This document shows positions 41,838-51,557 of a stretch of 64,000 nucleotides of DNA, in pieces. Source of the DNA: Methanotrichaceae archaeon (GTDB lineage Archaea; Halobacteriota; Methanosarcinia; Methanotrichales; Methanotrichaceae). A program made the position numbers and the translations under genes. Under the pieces are notes generated by a model. It saw nothing but the letters and a program-made list of their open reading frames with translations, was not told where the DNA came from and did not search any database. Position 1 is the first letter of the stretch. The number at the start of each line of letters is the position of its first letter. The stretch is taken from the NCBI GenBank assembly GCA_963813075.1, contig CAWEXU010000030.1, positions 256,001-320,000 of the forward strand, given 5' to 3'.

Positions 41838-44186
41838 TCAGTAACAGCATTTTAATTCCTTGCTGCTGGTGGTGGCTTCCAGCTTGGCCAGGGATTGATA
41901 TAGAGAGCTATCATCGCAGGGCAGCCACTGCATGGATTGCAGCGTCTCTATATTCGTCGCCCTGGGAGCCTTGCCCACCACAATTATAGCCGAGGTGCTG
42001 GCCGATATGCTATCGTTGCCCTCGGTGGAGTTGCCGAAAACAAGGGCATCGGTTACGAACAGGCCGTCCCTTTCCGCCAGGGCCATGAAGCTGATCGTCC
42101 TCCTCCGGTTGGTATCGAGCTTCTTAATATTCCATTTGATCACCCCAGACTGGTTTTCCAGGGTGGGGGTGGTGGAGTTGATGAAGCTCATCCCCTCCGG
42201 GAGGAGCGCGGTGATGTTTGCGCTCATGTTGTAGCCGGCGGAGTTATTCAATATCAGCCGGTAGCTCACGATTCTCTCATTATCGGGGGAGACGGTAGCA
42301 GTGAAATCCAGGGGCAGCCTCCCCGGAGTACAGCCGCTCCAATCCACGTCCAATGTGGTGCTGTTGCTCACCCGGAGGTTGCGCTCCCGGAAAGTGCCCC
42401 GCGAGGGATAGACATATATGGTGTTCGCCCGCGCCCGGTTGGTATAATTGTCCCTTCGGGTGATGACCCGGAACTGCATATCGATCGTGGCCGATTCTCC
42501 TGAGCCCAGGGAGGCTATCGACCAGTTGCCGTAGCTCCGGGTAAGCTCTATCGGCTCTGTGGAAGAGCCAATGAAGCGCGTTCCTGAGGGGAAGGTGTCC
42601 CGGACATATATCGGGGCAAAGGTCCTGTTGCCATCGTTGACCACAGTGACGGAGAACCTGAGGACATCGCAGCGATCCGGATCGACATAACCCTGCTTGT
42701 ACACGGACATGTGGGGAGTGGTATACTCGGGGAGGACGGTGAATTTCCTCTCGATATTGTAGTTGCCCAAATATTCATCCTCGATAAAGGCCAGGTTTGT
42801 GGAGTTGTTATCCGGCCGGAAGACGGACTTGAGGCTGGCTTTTCCGGTGAAGCTGGAGGAGGTCCTCAGCTGATTCGGCCAGTTGACCTACCGCATCTTT
42901 TTCCATTCTCTCCAGGCTGGTATAGGACTCCTTTGCATAGAGGCCATTGGAGGTGTTCAGCCGCAGGCCCTCCTCCCACTTATGGGTGCGGTTCACATTG
43001 GTGCTGGGCGAGTAGGTATAGCCTGACGGGCGGAAGATCAGGCTCACGTCCTTTTTGGCAGAGTCGCCCGCCTCAATCAGCTCCTCTGCCCGGTAGCTTC
43101 CGCTGCCCCTCTCATAGGTGGAATAGTCCCGTTTCACCTTTTTATATACATCCACATATCCAGAAGATTCACCGTGGTGTTCACTGCTCTCTTGTAGTCA
43201 TTCAGTGAGATGCTCTCCTCGATCTCGAAGGCCCCCAGGTACTCCTCGGATAGCTTGAGCTCCTCGGAACAGTATTCGACATTGGTCCTGCCGGCGGAAT
43301 CCGAGCTGAGGTTCAGCTTTATAGACCCATAATCAGATCGGGACAGGACGTCCTTGGATATCGATGTGCCATAAGTGGTTGACTGTGCACCCCGTGATGC
43401 ATGCTCGCCACGATCTTCGCTGCCCTTGATCGCTGAGGATTCCGCCACTCTGGAGTCGTAGATTGTAGTCCTGTTGCCGGGCAACTGATGGAAGGTGCGG
43501 TTGTAGCGCATGGCGAGGTCATTTTTCCTCAGCTGGATGCTGCTGGTATTGGCGATCTGATTGAGGTCCATCCTCAATGATGCCTCGCTCTGGTAGGTGC
43601 CCGACCCATGCTCATGAGAGGTCACACTGCCGCCATCCGGCCCGACCGCACGGTCCTGCAGGTTGACATAACCGGTGCCGGTGACGCTGCCCTCCATATC
43701 GAATCTTAATGCTTTGCTCTCCACCTCTTCGCAGGGAACGCCAGAATTAGCGTCGCCGGGACTGGATTCCATGAACATCCATTCAGATCCGCCATCTGGA
43801 TACCGGCCCCAGGCGCAGCTATCCTCCTGGCTATCGAACAGACCGATGGTGCGATCCATCTCCCGATCCATATCATTCACAAGGACGATGACAGCGCCAA
43901 AGTTGTTGAGCCATTTCTCGCCGAAATTCATCAGATAAAAGCCATCCGGAGGGATGACGGTTCCCTCAGGGACGAACTCCTTTCTGGAAGTATCATCTCT
44001 GGACATGACCGCCCAGCCACTCACATCCACCTCATTCGAGTCGCTGTTGTATAATTCAACCCACTGGACCTCCACATCATCTTCCAGGTAATCCAGCTCC
44101 ACCTCGTTGATCACTACAGATCCAGCTGCCAGGGAAAAAATGCAGGGGAGCAGCGCCAGGAGGATGAAAATTTGTGTAGGCCTCAT
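41838..44186 (-). CDS. Secreted lamin-tail + DUF11-like multidomain protein, two or more frameshifts
   Basis: VVINEVE..QWVELYN...DVSGW, WGRYPDG (LTD); EHGSGTY.SE / ERGSGSY.AE repeats; F.VTV.NDGN...I.VRD.FP.G (DUF11-like). Confidence 0.75.
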
Positions 44187-44537
44187 TGTTTCACTCTCAG
44201 TTAATATCTCCTAAAATAAAAGAATATCCCTACTATCTGTAAGGAATTGAGTGAGGAATATAATAGAAAAATACTCCGCGGATAAAGATATCCGCTATCA
44301 GGGAGCGCAGGACTGTTTCCGGATGCAGGCAGAATCATAGGCAAGAAAGCGGGCCAAATAGCATGCGGCTTGATCCGCACAATGAGAAAATCGTCCGGCA
44401 CCATACACAGAAAGAATTTATGCGCGAAGTTGATGAAGACTCTGATATTATATTCGCCGGCCGGTATGATTATGTCAAACATGGGCGATTCTAAAATGAC
44501 AAGGCTTAAATTTTCTTCATCCATTTCTTTGTCTGCC

Positions 44538-44990
44538 ATGCCAAAATTCACCAAAGATATGGTCTTAATAATTCATGAGGATCTGATAAGGACATGTGGA
44601 GAGGCACATGGAGTATTAGCTCTGTGATGAGGACAATTGATTTCATATTCGGAATACAAATTGATTCGACAAATGGAGTATTCGCAAAAGCGGCGTGGGC
44701 TCTTTATATGTCCCGTTATCATCCATTCTTTGATGCGAAATAAGGAAGATTCCACGTCTCTGCGAATTTACATTAGCGGCTACTCTTCGTACTCAAAATC
44801 GAACACATGGTAGTTGCGTACTAAATAGGAAGGCAAGAGGTCGAAGAAACGTAGATTCCTGTTTGATGCTCTCCACAAAATTTCGGATGCCAATGTTCCC
44901 TGTGACATTGAGAGGGTCGAAAAATGGCTAAAGAAGAAGAGCAGAATCTGGTGGAAGACTCACCAGAGAACGATACAGGACTATCTTTGA
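44538..44990 (+). pseudogene. Doc/Fic-family toxin, disrupted
   Basis: MPKFTKDMVLIIHEDLIRTCGEAHGV; AKAAWALYMSRYHPFFD then GCGAAATAAG (one-base removal gives DGNK); ends ..IERVEKWLKKK..DYL*. Confidence 0.7.
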
Positions 44991-45127
44991 GCGAGCCGCT
45001 TCAGCAGATTTCGATGGCATCTGGTGACATCTAAGTATGCATTGCGTATATCAGATGGCAAAGCTTCTAACTGCCTTAATCGATCTTCTTCGGAGATTCG
45101 TTCTCTCTGGGGTATGTGCTTATGCAA
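44981..45127 (-). CDS. 48-aa putative antitoxin-like small protein
   Basis: SD AGGAGTGA, TTG start, MHKHIPQRERISEEDRLRQLEALPSDIRNAYLDVTRCHRNLLKRLAQR*. Confidence 0.5.
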   Translation of the reverse strand: MHKHIPQRERISEEDRLRQLEALPSDIRNAYLDVTRCHRNLLKRLAQR

Positions 45128-45414
45128 TCTAATCACTCCTGTGCATCAGATACGTATCCCGTATATAATACTGTATCACGTTATCGGGGAAAAGCTTTAT
45201 GGATTTCTGCATTTTCTTCTTTATCCCTCAATAGTAACCGAGCATAAATACAGCAAACCCCTTGCTCAGATCGCCCGCGAGAACAGCATCCATCCCAGTC
45301 TTTCCTGCCGGTGGCGAGATGAACTGGCCAAGAATCCCCAAAGACCAAACAGCGACAATAGCAACCGATGCATGTTGCCAAGCTTAAAAAGGCTGCGTGT
45401 TGATTTGCATTATA

Positions 45415-45486
45415 TGCGCCGATCGGGATTCGAACCCGAGTTTAGGCGTTGGCAACGCCTAGTGATAACCGCTACACTATCGGCGC
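45415..45486 (-). tRNA. tRNA-Gly(GCC)
   Basis: GCGCCGATAGTGTAGCGGTTATCACTAGGCGTTGCCAACGCCTAAACTCGGGTTCGAATCCCGATCGGCGCA cloverleaf. Confidence 0.97.
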
Positions 45487-45626
45487 GGCGCTTGCGGGAA
45501 GCATCCCCACCAATAACCTTCTAGTCTAAAAACATTGCGGGCAGAATAGATCCCCCTGACGCCCTACCGCAAGGCTGCATACAGTTTATCTACTTTGAAG
45601 AGGGAGGAGGTTTATGGTGAATTCGC

Positions 45627-46526
45627 TTGTATGATGTGGTCATAGTAGGAGCAGGCCCGGCAGGGCTGACCGCCGCCATGTACTGCGCGAGAGGGGGGAA
45701 GAAGACGCTGGTTTTGGGCAGCATCTACAGCTCTCAGACCGCCATGGGTGGCCTTTACGAGAACTATCCCGGCTTTCCAGAGGGCATTAATGGCATAGAA
45801 CTCTCGGAGAGGATGCTTTCTCAGGCCCAGAAGTTCGGGGCAGAGAACCAGACCGAGCAGGTGGAGAAGATTGTGCCCCTGGGGGATTTCTTCCGCCTGA
45901 AGACCGAGAACTGGCAGTACGAGGCCAGGACGATCATCCTGGCCATGGGGGCCAGCCACCGCCAGATAGGTGTTTTGGGGGAGAAGGAGCTCACAGCCAG
46001 AGGTATCTCCTATTGCGTCCATTGCGATGGTGCACTATATCGGAACAGGTCGGTGGCGGTGATAGGCTACGGCAATGGAGCTGCCAGGGCGGTTCTCTAT
46101 CTGGCCAATATCGCGAACCGGGTCCAGCTCATTTCACCCAAAGATAAGCTGGTGGCAGAGCCGGTGTACTTGGATAGGATCAGGTCGCTCAATAACTATG
46201 CCGCCACCTTCGGCGCGGAGATCACCGAGATTCGAGGGGAAAAGTTCGTGGAAAGCGTGGAGTTCAAGGTGGGAGGGACCGCTCGCTCCCTGAAGGTCGA
46301 TGGAGTCTTCGTGGAGATGGGAATGAAGCCCAATGTGGAATTGGCAGAGAGCCTGGGACTGGATATGACCGCAGGCGGTTTTGTGAAGATCAACCGGCTA
46401 AACCAGGAGACGAGCATGCCCGGGGTATTCGCCGCCGGAGACCTGACCGGCGGACGGATGCAAGCGGCGACGGCTGTGGGTGCAGGTGCCTCTGCCGGAA
46501 TAAGCGCCCTGCAGTATCTCGGGTAG
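45627..46526 (+). CDS. trxB: Thioredoxin-reductase-like flavoprotein
   Basis: GAGPAG, ENYPGF, GISYCVHCDG, ETS.PGVFAAGD. Confidence 0.88.
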   Translation: MYDVVIVGAGPAGLTAAMYCARGGKKTLVLGSIYSSQTAMGGLYENYPGFPEGINGIELSERMLSQAQKFGAENQTEQVEKIVPLGDFFRLKTENWQYEARTIILAMGASHRQIGVLGEKELTARGISYCVHCDGALYRNRSVAVIGYGNGAARAVLYLANIANRVQLISPKDKLVAEPVYLDRIRSLNNYAATFGAEITEIRGEKFVESVEFKVGGTARSLKVDGVFVEMGMKPNVELAESLGLDMTAGGFVKINRLNQETSMPGVFAAGDLTGGRMQAATAVGAGASAGISALQYLG

Positions 46527-46544
46527 ACAACTAACGGGAAGAAG

Positions 46545-47504
46545 ATGACAAGATCTGAGGAAAGAAGGGACCCCAGAAGGCCGGTCAGCGTCTGGCGCTC
46601 CCAGGACCTGGTGGACGGGCTCCCGGCCCAGGCTCTGACCATGATCCTGCGCACCGTTGGATGCCGCTGGAACCGCTGCACCATGTGCGGCTATGCCGGC
46701 GAGGGTGCGCCCGCCTCGGCCGACGACCTGATCGTCCAGTTCGAGAGCGCCATGGAGAGGTGCTCACCCGAGGTGACAGTGGTCAAGATCTATACCAGCG
46801 GCAGCTTCCTGGACTCCGAGGAGATGCCGGCGGAAGCCAGGCAGGAGATCCTGCGCCGCCTGGAGAATGCGGGGATCAAGAAGCTGATCATTGAGACCCG
46901 GCCGGAGTACGTAACCCCCGCGGGGGTGGACGAGTGCCTCACTCACCTGCAGACCGAGTTTGCCATGGGCCTTGAAACTGCAAACGATCTCATCCGGGAG
47001 CAGCTCATCCGCAAGGGCTTTCTCTTCCAGGATTTCGTCCGCGCCTCGGAGATGGTGCACCGCCTGGGTGGAGGGGTTAAGGCCTACCTGCTCCTGAAGC
47101 CCCCTCACCTCACCGAGGGGCAGGCTTTGCGGGATGCCATAGCCTCTGCTCATGCGGCGCGCCCATATGCTGACATCATCTCCCTGAACCTGTGCAATGT
47201 GCAGCGCAATACCCTGGTGGAGAGGATGTGGGAGCGGGGTGAGTACAGGCCCCCCTGGCTGTGGTCCGCTCTGGAGGTGCTCAAAGCCTCCTCAGGCCCC
47301 ATCATCTGTGACCCGGTGGGCGCAGGCACCAGACGCGGCCCCCATAACTGCGGCCAGTGTGATGCCGCCCTGGCAGAGGCGATCAGGAAGCATGACCTCA
47401 CCCAGGATACCGGGCCCTTCGATGATCTGCACTGCCAGTGCAAGGAAACATGGCATAAGCTGATGGAGCTGGAGGAGCAATCCTTCGGCACCCCTCTCTG
47501 CTGA
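46545..47504 (+). CDS. Archaeosine-synthesis radical SAM protein RaSEA
   Basis: LRTVGCRWNRCTMCGY, KIYTSGSFLD, ETRPEY, YRPPWLWS, RGPHNCG.CD. Confidence 0.88.
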   Translation: MTRSEERRDPRRPVSVWRSQDLVDGLPAQALTMILRTVGCRWNRCTMCGYAGEGAPASADDLIVQFESAMERCSPEVTVVKIYTSGSFLDSEEMPAEARQEILRRLENAGIKKLIIETRPEYVTPAGVDECLTHLQTEFAMGLETANDLIREQLIRKGFLFQDFVRASEMVHRLGGGVKAYLLLKPPHLTEGQALRDAIASAHAARPYADIISLNLCNVQRNTLVERMWERGEYRPPWLWSALEVLKASSGPIICDPVGAGTRRGPHNCGQCDAALAEAIRKHDLTQDTGPFDDLHCQCKETWHKLMELEEQSFGTPLC

Positions 47505-47555
47505 AATAGATTGAAATATCAGGAAATGGAACTAATTCATTAAGGTGAGCTAGAA

Positions 47556-48419
47556 ATGTTTGAAAAGGTGTTAATCGCCACAGATTTCTCCAAACATGCC
47601 AAGAAAGTGATCGAATGCATCGGCGAAATGCCGGGATTGAAAGAGGTACTACTTCTTAATGTCATTTCTAGAGATCCGCTCGCCCGTGTCTGGGATCCGG
47701 TATCGGAGATAAAGGATATCGAAAAGAAGCTGGAAGAGGAGAAGAAGGCCATCGCTGCTCCAGGGGTAGCGGTTAAGGTCAAAGCGGTATCCGTCCTGGA
47801 GGGCGAGGTGGCAAGCGCCATCAATAAAGTGGCCATGGAGGAGAATGTCTCCCTGGTGGCCATGGGGGCACGGGGAAGGAGCCTGATCATGAGCACTCTG
47901 CTTGGAAGCTCTTCTCGCAATGTGCTTCGCTTCGGCAGGACGCACCTATTGATCATGCGCTACAAGACCCTGGATGATGATACCATGGAGAAGTACTGCG
48001 CCCGGGTCTTCGCCAAAGTTCTCTTCCCCACCGACCTTTCCCAGACATCTGAGGTCGCCCTCTCCTTCCTGAAAAACCTCTCGGGTATTGGAGAGATAGT
48101 GCTGCTCAATGTGGTATCCAAGGGCGAGACCGATGAGGAGATCCAGGCTGGGGTGGCTTCGGCCAAAAATAGGATCGAGGAGATCGCCCAGAACCTGAAG
48201 ATGGCGGGCATGCAGGTCTCATCCAAAGTGGTTGTAGGCCAGCCGACCGAGGTGATCAGATCGGAGGCCGAGAAAGAGGACGTCTCCCTGATTGCCATCA
48301 GCTCCCAGGGAGCTGCAGCCATAAAGAAGGGCAGAATAGGAAGCACTGCTTATGACGTGGCCAACTCCGCTTCCAGGCCGGTTCTGATATTGAGACAGGA
48401 GAAGATGGCTGCTTATTAG
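47556..48419 (+). CDS. Tandem universal stress protein
   Basis: Two USP domains: KVLIATDFS..MGARGRS..LLGS and KVLFPTDLS..SQG..IGS. Confidence 0.92.
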   Translation: MFEKVLIATDFSKHAKKVIECIGEMPGLKEVLLLNVISRDPLARVWDPVSEIKDIEKKLEEEKKAIAAPGVAVKVKAVSVLEGEVASAINKVAMEENVSLVAMGARGRSLIMSTLLGSSSRNVLRFGRTHLLIMRYKTLDDDTMEKYCARVFAKVLFPTDLSQTSEVALSFLKNLSGIGEIVLLNVVSKGETDEEIQAGVASAKNRIEEIAQNLKMAGMQVSSKVVVGQPTEVIRSEAEKEDVSLIAISSQGAAAIKKGRIGSTAYDVANSASRPVLILRQEKMAAY

Positions 48420-48612
48420 CCATTTTTCTTTTTTAACAATGGATCAGATCTCTAAAACCAGTTCAACGATGATATAATGCACATTGCAGCCATATACCTG
48501 CAAATACTGTACCATTTACTGCATTTTTTCTGGATACTTTGTTTTTCAAATATCTAACCAGATCCAGTCTTTGGCTGGGTGATCAAATCCGTTTGAGCCC
48601 TCAAAACAAAAA

Positions 48613-48646
48613 CCAAAAGCATTTAATATTGGGTTGAGCATCTCAA
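48613..48646 (+). promoter_or_regulatory. BRE/TATA promoter with TTGAG-CAT-CTCAA palindrome
   Basis: CCAAAAG + TTTAATAT (48622-48629), then 13-bp palindrome 48634-48646. Confidence 0.55.
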
Positions 48647-48855
48647 TCAGAGACTCTCCGGATAAGGGAGCCTGTCGATGCAGGAATGAAAGGAGCGGTC
48701 GTATGGTTTCGACATATAGAGAGCTTGACTGGAGTTGGGGCAAATGAATACATATTGCCGTACGACCAAAGCCATGAGCCCCAATGGCAGCCTCTGGCCT
48801 GCAGAGAAGGAAACTGACAATATTGAAGATTTTGTAAATATTGGAGGGAATATTT
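48647..48855 (+). ncRNA. Candidate structured cis-regulatory 5' leader RNA (riboswitch-like)
   Basis: Five stems plus a 6-bp loop-loop pseudoknot found by eye; see findings. Confidence 0.55.
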
Positions 48856-49992
48856 GTGCAATTTGACCCACTAGACATTGGTCTATTTATTATTGTGCTA
48901 GCCGTGCTTGTTGGACCATTCATGGTCAAGAAGATCGAACATAACCTGGAGGCCTTTCTTTTTGTCATGGGCGTTCTGGCAGTAACCATATCAAGCTTCT
49001 ACAGCAAGCCAGATCTTATGGAGACTCTGGGATACACAGAGCATCAGGTGGAGCTCATCGGCTGGAATATGGAGATAGTGATGGAGGCCATCAAAGAGCC
49101 GTTGATTAAGGGAATAGTTCCTGCGGTTCTCATAGCCGGCATAATCTTCCACTATGGCCGCTCCTATGCCCAGATGGCAATGAGTAAGATCACCAAAGTG
49201 GTCCCTATAAAGATCATCGTATTTCTGATCGTTGTCATTCTGGGATTGTCCTCCAGCGTAATAACGGCAATCATCGCCTCACTCCTCCTGGTGGAGCTAT
49301 TGAACTGCATGCCCTTTGACCGCAAGACCAAGATCAATCTGGTCATCATCGCCTGCTTCTCCATTGGTCTGGGAGCAGTTCTCACCCCGGTGGGCGAGCC
49401 GCTCTCCACCATCGCCATCACCAAGCTGCAGGGAGAGCCCTATAACGCCGGATTCTTCTTCCTGTTCAATCAGCTGGCAATATACATCATCCCCGGCTGC
49501 CTGGCCTTCGGCCTTCTGGCCATGTTCTTCACCGGCAAGGCCAAGCTCGCTGAGTGCATGGTCGCTGAGGAGGAGGACGGCGGCTTAAGAGAGGTAGTGA
49601 TCAGGGCAGGCAAGGTTTACATCTTCGTCATGGCCCTCCTGCTCCTGGGCTCGGGAATGAAGGTAGTGATAGACAAATATATCCTGGGTATAGCCCCCCA
49701 GATCCTCTACTGGGTGAACATGATCTCCGCCATATTGGATAATGCCACTCTGACTGCAGCTGAGATCAGCCCGGCCATGAGCATGGTCCAGATCCAGGCG
49801 GTTCTGATGGGACTGCTCATATCCGGCGGCATGCTGATCCCCGGCAACATCCCCAACATCATCTCTGCCGGAAAGCTGGGAATCACCAGCGGCGAGTGGG
49901 CAAAGCTTGGTGTGCCCCTGGGCTTAATCACCATGCTGATCTACTTCGTGTGGATCTTCTACATACCCTTCCACTTCGAGTTCCATCTCTAA
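48856..49992 (+). CDS. DUF1646-family predicted cation transporter
   Basis: PF.VKKIEHNLEAFLF.MG, LGA.LTP.GEPLSTI, SA.LDNATL.AAE, GGMLIPGNIPNII; SD GGAGG then GTG at 48856. Confidence 0.88.
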   Translation: MQFDPLDIGLFIIVLAVLVGPFMVKKIEHNLEAFLFVMGVLAVTISSFYSKPDLMETLGYTEHQVELIGWNMEIVMEAIKEPLIKGIVPAVLIAGIIFHYGRSYAQMAMSKITKVVPIKIIVFLIVVILGLSSSVITAIIASLLLVELLNCMPFDRKTKINLVIIACFSIGLGAVLTPVGEPLSTIAITKLQGEPYNAGFFFLFNQLAIYIIPGCLAFGLLAMFFTGKAKLAECMVAEEEDGGLREVVIRAGKVYIFVMALLLLGSGMKVVIDKYILGIAPQILYWVNMISAILDNATLTAAEISPAMSMVQIQAVLMGLLISGGMLIPGNIPNIISAGKLGITSGEWAKLGVPLGLITMLIYFVWIFYIPFHFEFHL

Positions 49993-49994
49993 AG

Positions 49995-50026
49995 GCGATG
50001 ATCTGGTATCATCGCACCCTTTTTTC
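49995..50026 (+). terminator. Hairpin plus T-tract after DUF1646 gene
   Basis: GCGATGAT-CTGGT-ATCATCGC followed by ACCCTTTTTT. Confidence 0.6.
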
Positions 50027-50154
50027 TTTGCCCAAGGCAGAAATCAATGATCCCCAGGGCATTTATTGGCGTAATTAAAATAACAAAATATCAAATAGAA
50101 TAATTGATCGAAGAAAGCTATCGAGATCAGCTATCAAGATCTATCTGGCCACCT

Positions 50155-50412
50155 TCAACGACGCACCTCATCATTCTCCCGCCTCTTCAGACCGGGAGTG
50201 GCGATGTACCAGCGCCCCTTCTTACCCTGGAGAAACTGCATAGCCTCCGGATAGTCGGAGAAGTAGTGAGATTCATTGCTCTCCAGGTTAATCACCGCCA
50301 CCCTCTCCTCCAGGACCAGCCCCTTCTTCTGCAGCAAGTCCTCTATCTCCTGGCGCAGCTTGCTTTTCTTTTTGATCAGGAGGTGCTCATTCTCAGTGCT
50401 ATTGTCCGACAT
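50155..50412 (-). CDS. Hypothetical protein
   Basis: 85-aa ORF from MSDNSTENE, co-oriented just downstream of the 50427 gene. Confidence 0.55.
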   Translation of the reverse strand: MSDNSTENEHLLIKKKSKLRQEIEDLLQKKGLVLEERVAVINLESNESHYFSDYPEAMQFLQGKKGRWYIATPGLKRRENDEVRR

Positions 50413-50426
50413 CCCCACCGCATCCC

Positions 50427-50987
50427 TCAGATACGGGCGGGCCGGGCGTGATCCAGAGCCCACTTTATGTACTCCGCTGCCGGGAACTCATGCACCGTGG
50501 TGGCCACAATGAGCCCTTCACCGTGCCGGGCCATGACCAGAATGGCTCTGCCCTTATCGTCTTTTATCACTGTCTCGAAGCCCTCTCCCGGGATCAGGTA
50601 GCCGTCGCACTCCGGGGTGTCGGTGCAGATCAGGCAGGAGCAATCCCCCCCTGAGGGATTGACTCTCCGGGTGCTCATCTCGCAAATGTATTTCAGGGGG
50701 AGGGGCAGCCACTCATAGTTATGCTCCGGGACCAGAGGGCCGAACACCGTCAGCACCCCACCCTTCCTGACAAAGCTTTCTATATTCGATTTCATCCTCA
50801 GAAGGCTGGGAAGGGTCTGGGAATAATCCGGGTTGGCAAAGCCTGAGGGAATCATCACCATCCTGTACTGGGGCAAAAAGGGGCTTCCCAGAATGCTGGT
50901 AGACAGGAATTGATAGCTTGCCCCTACATCCTGAAAGAGCTTCTCGAAGAGCAAGGTTCTCTCGCCGATTAGTGCTATATCAGTCAT
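50427..50987 (-). CDS. Hypothetical protein (class I glutamine amidotransferase-like fold possible)
   Basis: MIPSGFANP.YS, FVRKGG.L.VFG, G.GLIVATT.HEFP. Confidence 0.65.
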   Translation of the reverse strand: MTDIALIGERTLLFEKLFQDVGASYQFLSTSILGSPFLPQYRMVMIPSGFANPDYSQTLPSLLRMKSNIESFVRKGGVLTVFGPLVPEHNYEWLPLPLKYICEMSTRRVNPSGGDCSCLICTDTPECDGYLIPGEGFETVIKDDKGRAILVMARHGEGLIVATTVHEFPAAEYIKWALDHARPARI

Positions 50988-51108
50988 ATGCTACTATATT
51001 CTGCCCCGGCAAAGGGAAAACCTTTATGGTTCCCACATCCCTGTCCTTATGATTTTCCTCCATAAAGCTTATTACTAAATATCAACTGTATTTTAACTGA
51101 GATTAAAT

Positions 51109-51531
51109 ATGGAACAGGAATTGATGCGGATAGGCGTCTCGCTGCCTGAGAAGCTCCTTTCGAGGTTTGACGAGATAATATTGAAGCGCGGCTACTCATC
51201 CCGGTCAGAGGGGATAAGGGATGCGATCAGAAACTACATCGTCCACTACGAATGGATGAGCGACGTGCAGGGGGAGAGGGTGGGAGTCATCACCCTGGTC
51301 TATTCCCATGCCCAAAGAGGCCTGGTGGAGAATCTGACGGAGATCCAGCATGAATCAGGCGATATCATCCAGTCCAGCCTTCATGTCCATCTGGACCACG
51401 ACAACTGCCTGGAGGTGATCGTCCTGCGAGGAGAGGGCAAGGATGTGAGAGTGGCAGCGGAGAAGATGATGTCCCTGAAGGGTGTAAAGCACGTCAAGCT
51501 GACCACCACCTCCATGGGAAAGGAGCTATAG
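51109..51531 (+). CDS. nikR: Nickel-responsive regulator
   Basis: RIGVSLP..LL..FD...[22 protein letters not shown]. Confidence 0.96.
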   Translation: MEQELMRIGVSLPEKLLSRFDEIILKRGYSSRSEGIRDAIRNYIVHYEWMSDVQGERVGVITLVYSHAQRGLVENLTEIQHESGDIIQSSLHVHLDHDNCLEVIVLRGEGKDVRVAAEKMMSLKGVKHVKLTTTSMGKEL

Positions 51532-51557
51532 GCTCTTTATCGAAGCATGCATGCAAA

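Noticed and set aside
48647..48800. Assigning the DUF1646 leader to lysine, cobalamin, SAM, glycine, Moco, SRP or RNase P classes
   Set aside because: Their hallmark conserved sequences and stem order are not present as far as I can recall them; left unassigned pending a covariance-model search.
51023..51044. GGGAAAACC-TTTAT-GGTTCCC inverted repeat as NikR operator
   Set aside because: Imperfect and unlike the GTATGA-N16-TCATAC type site; may simply flank a TATA box.
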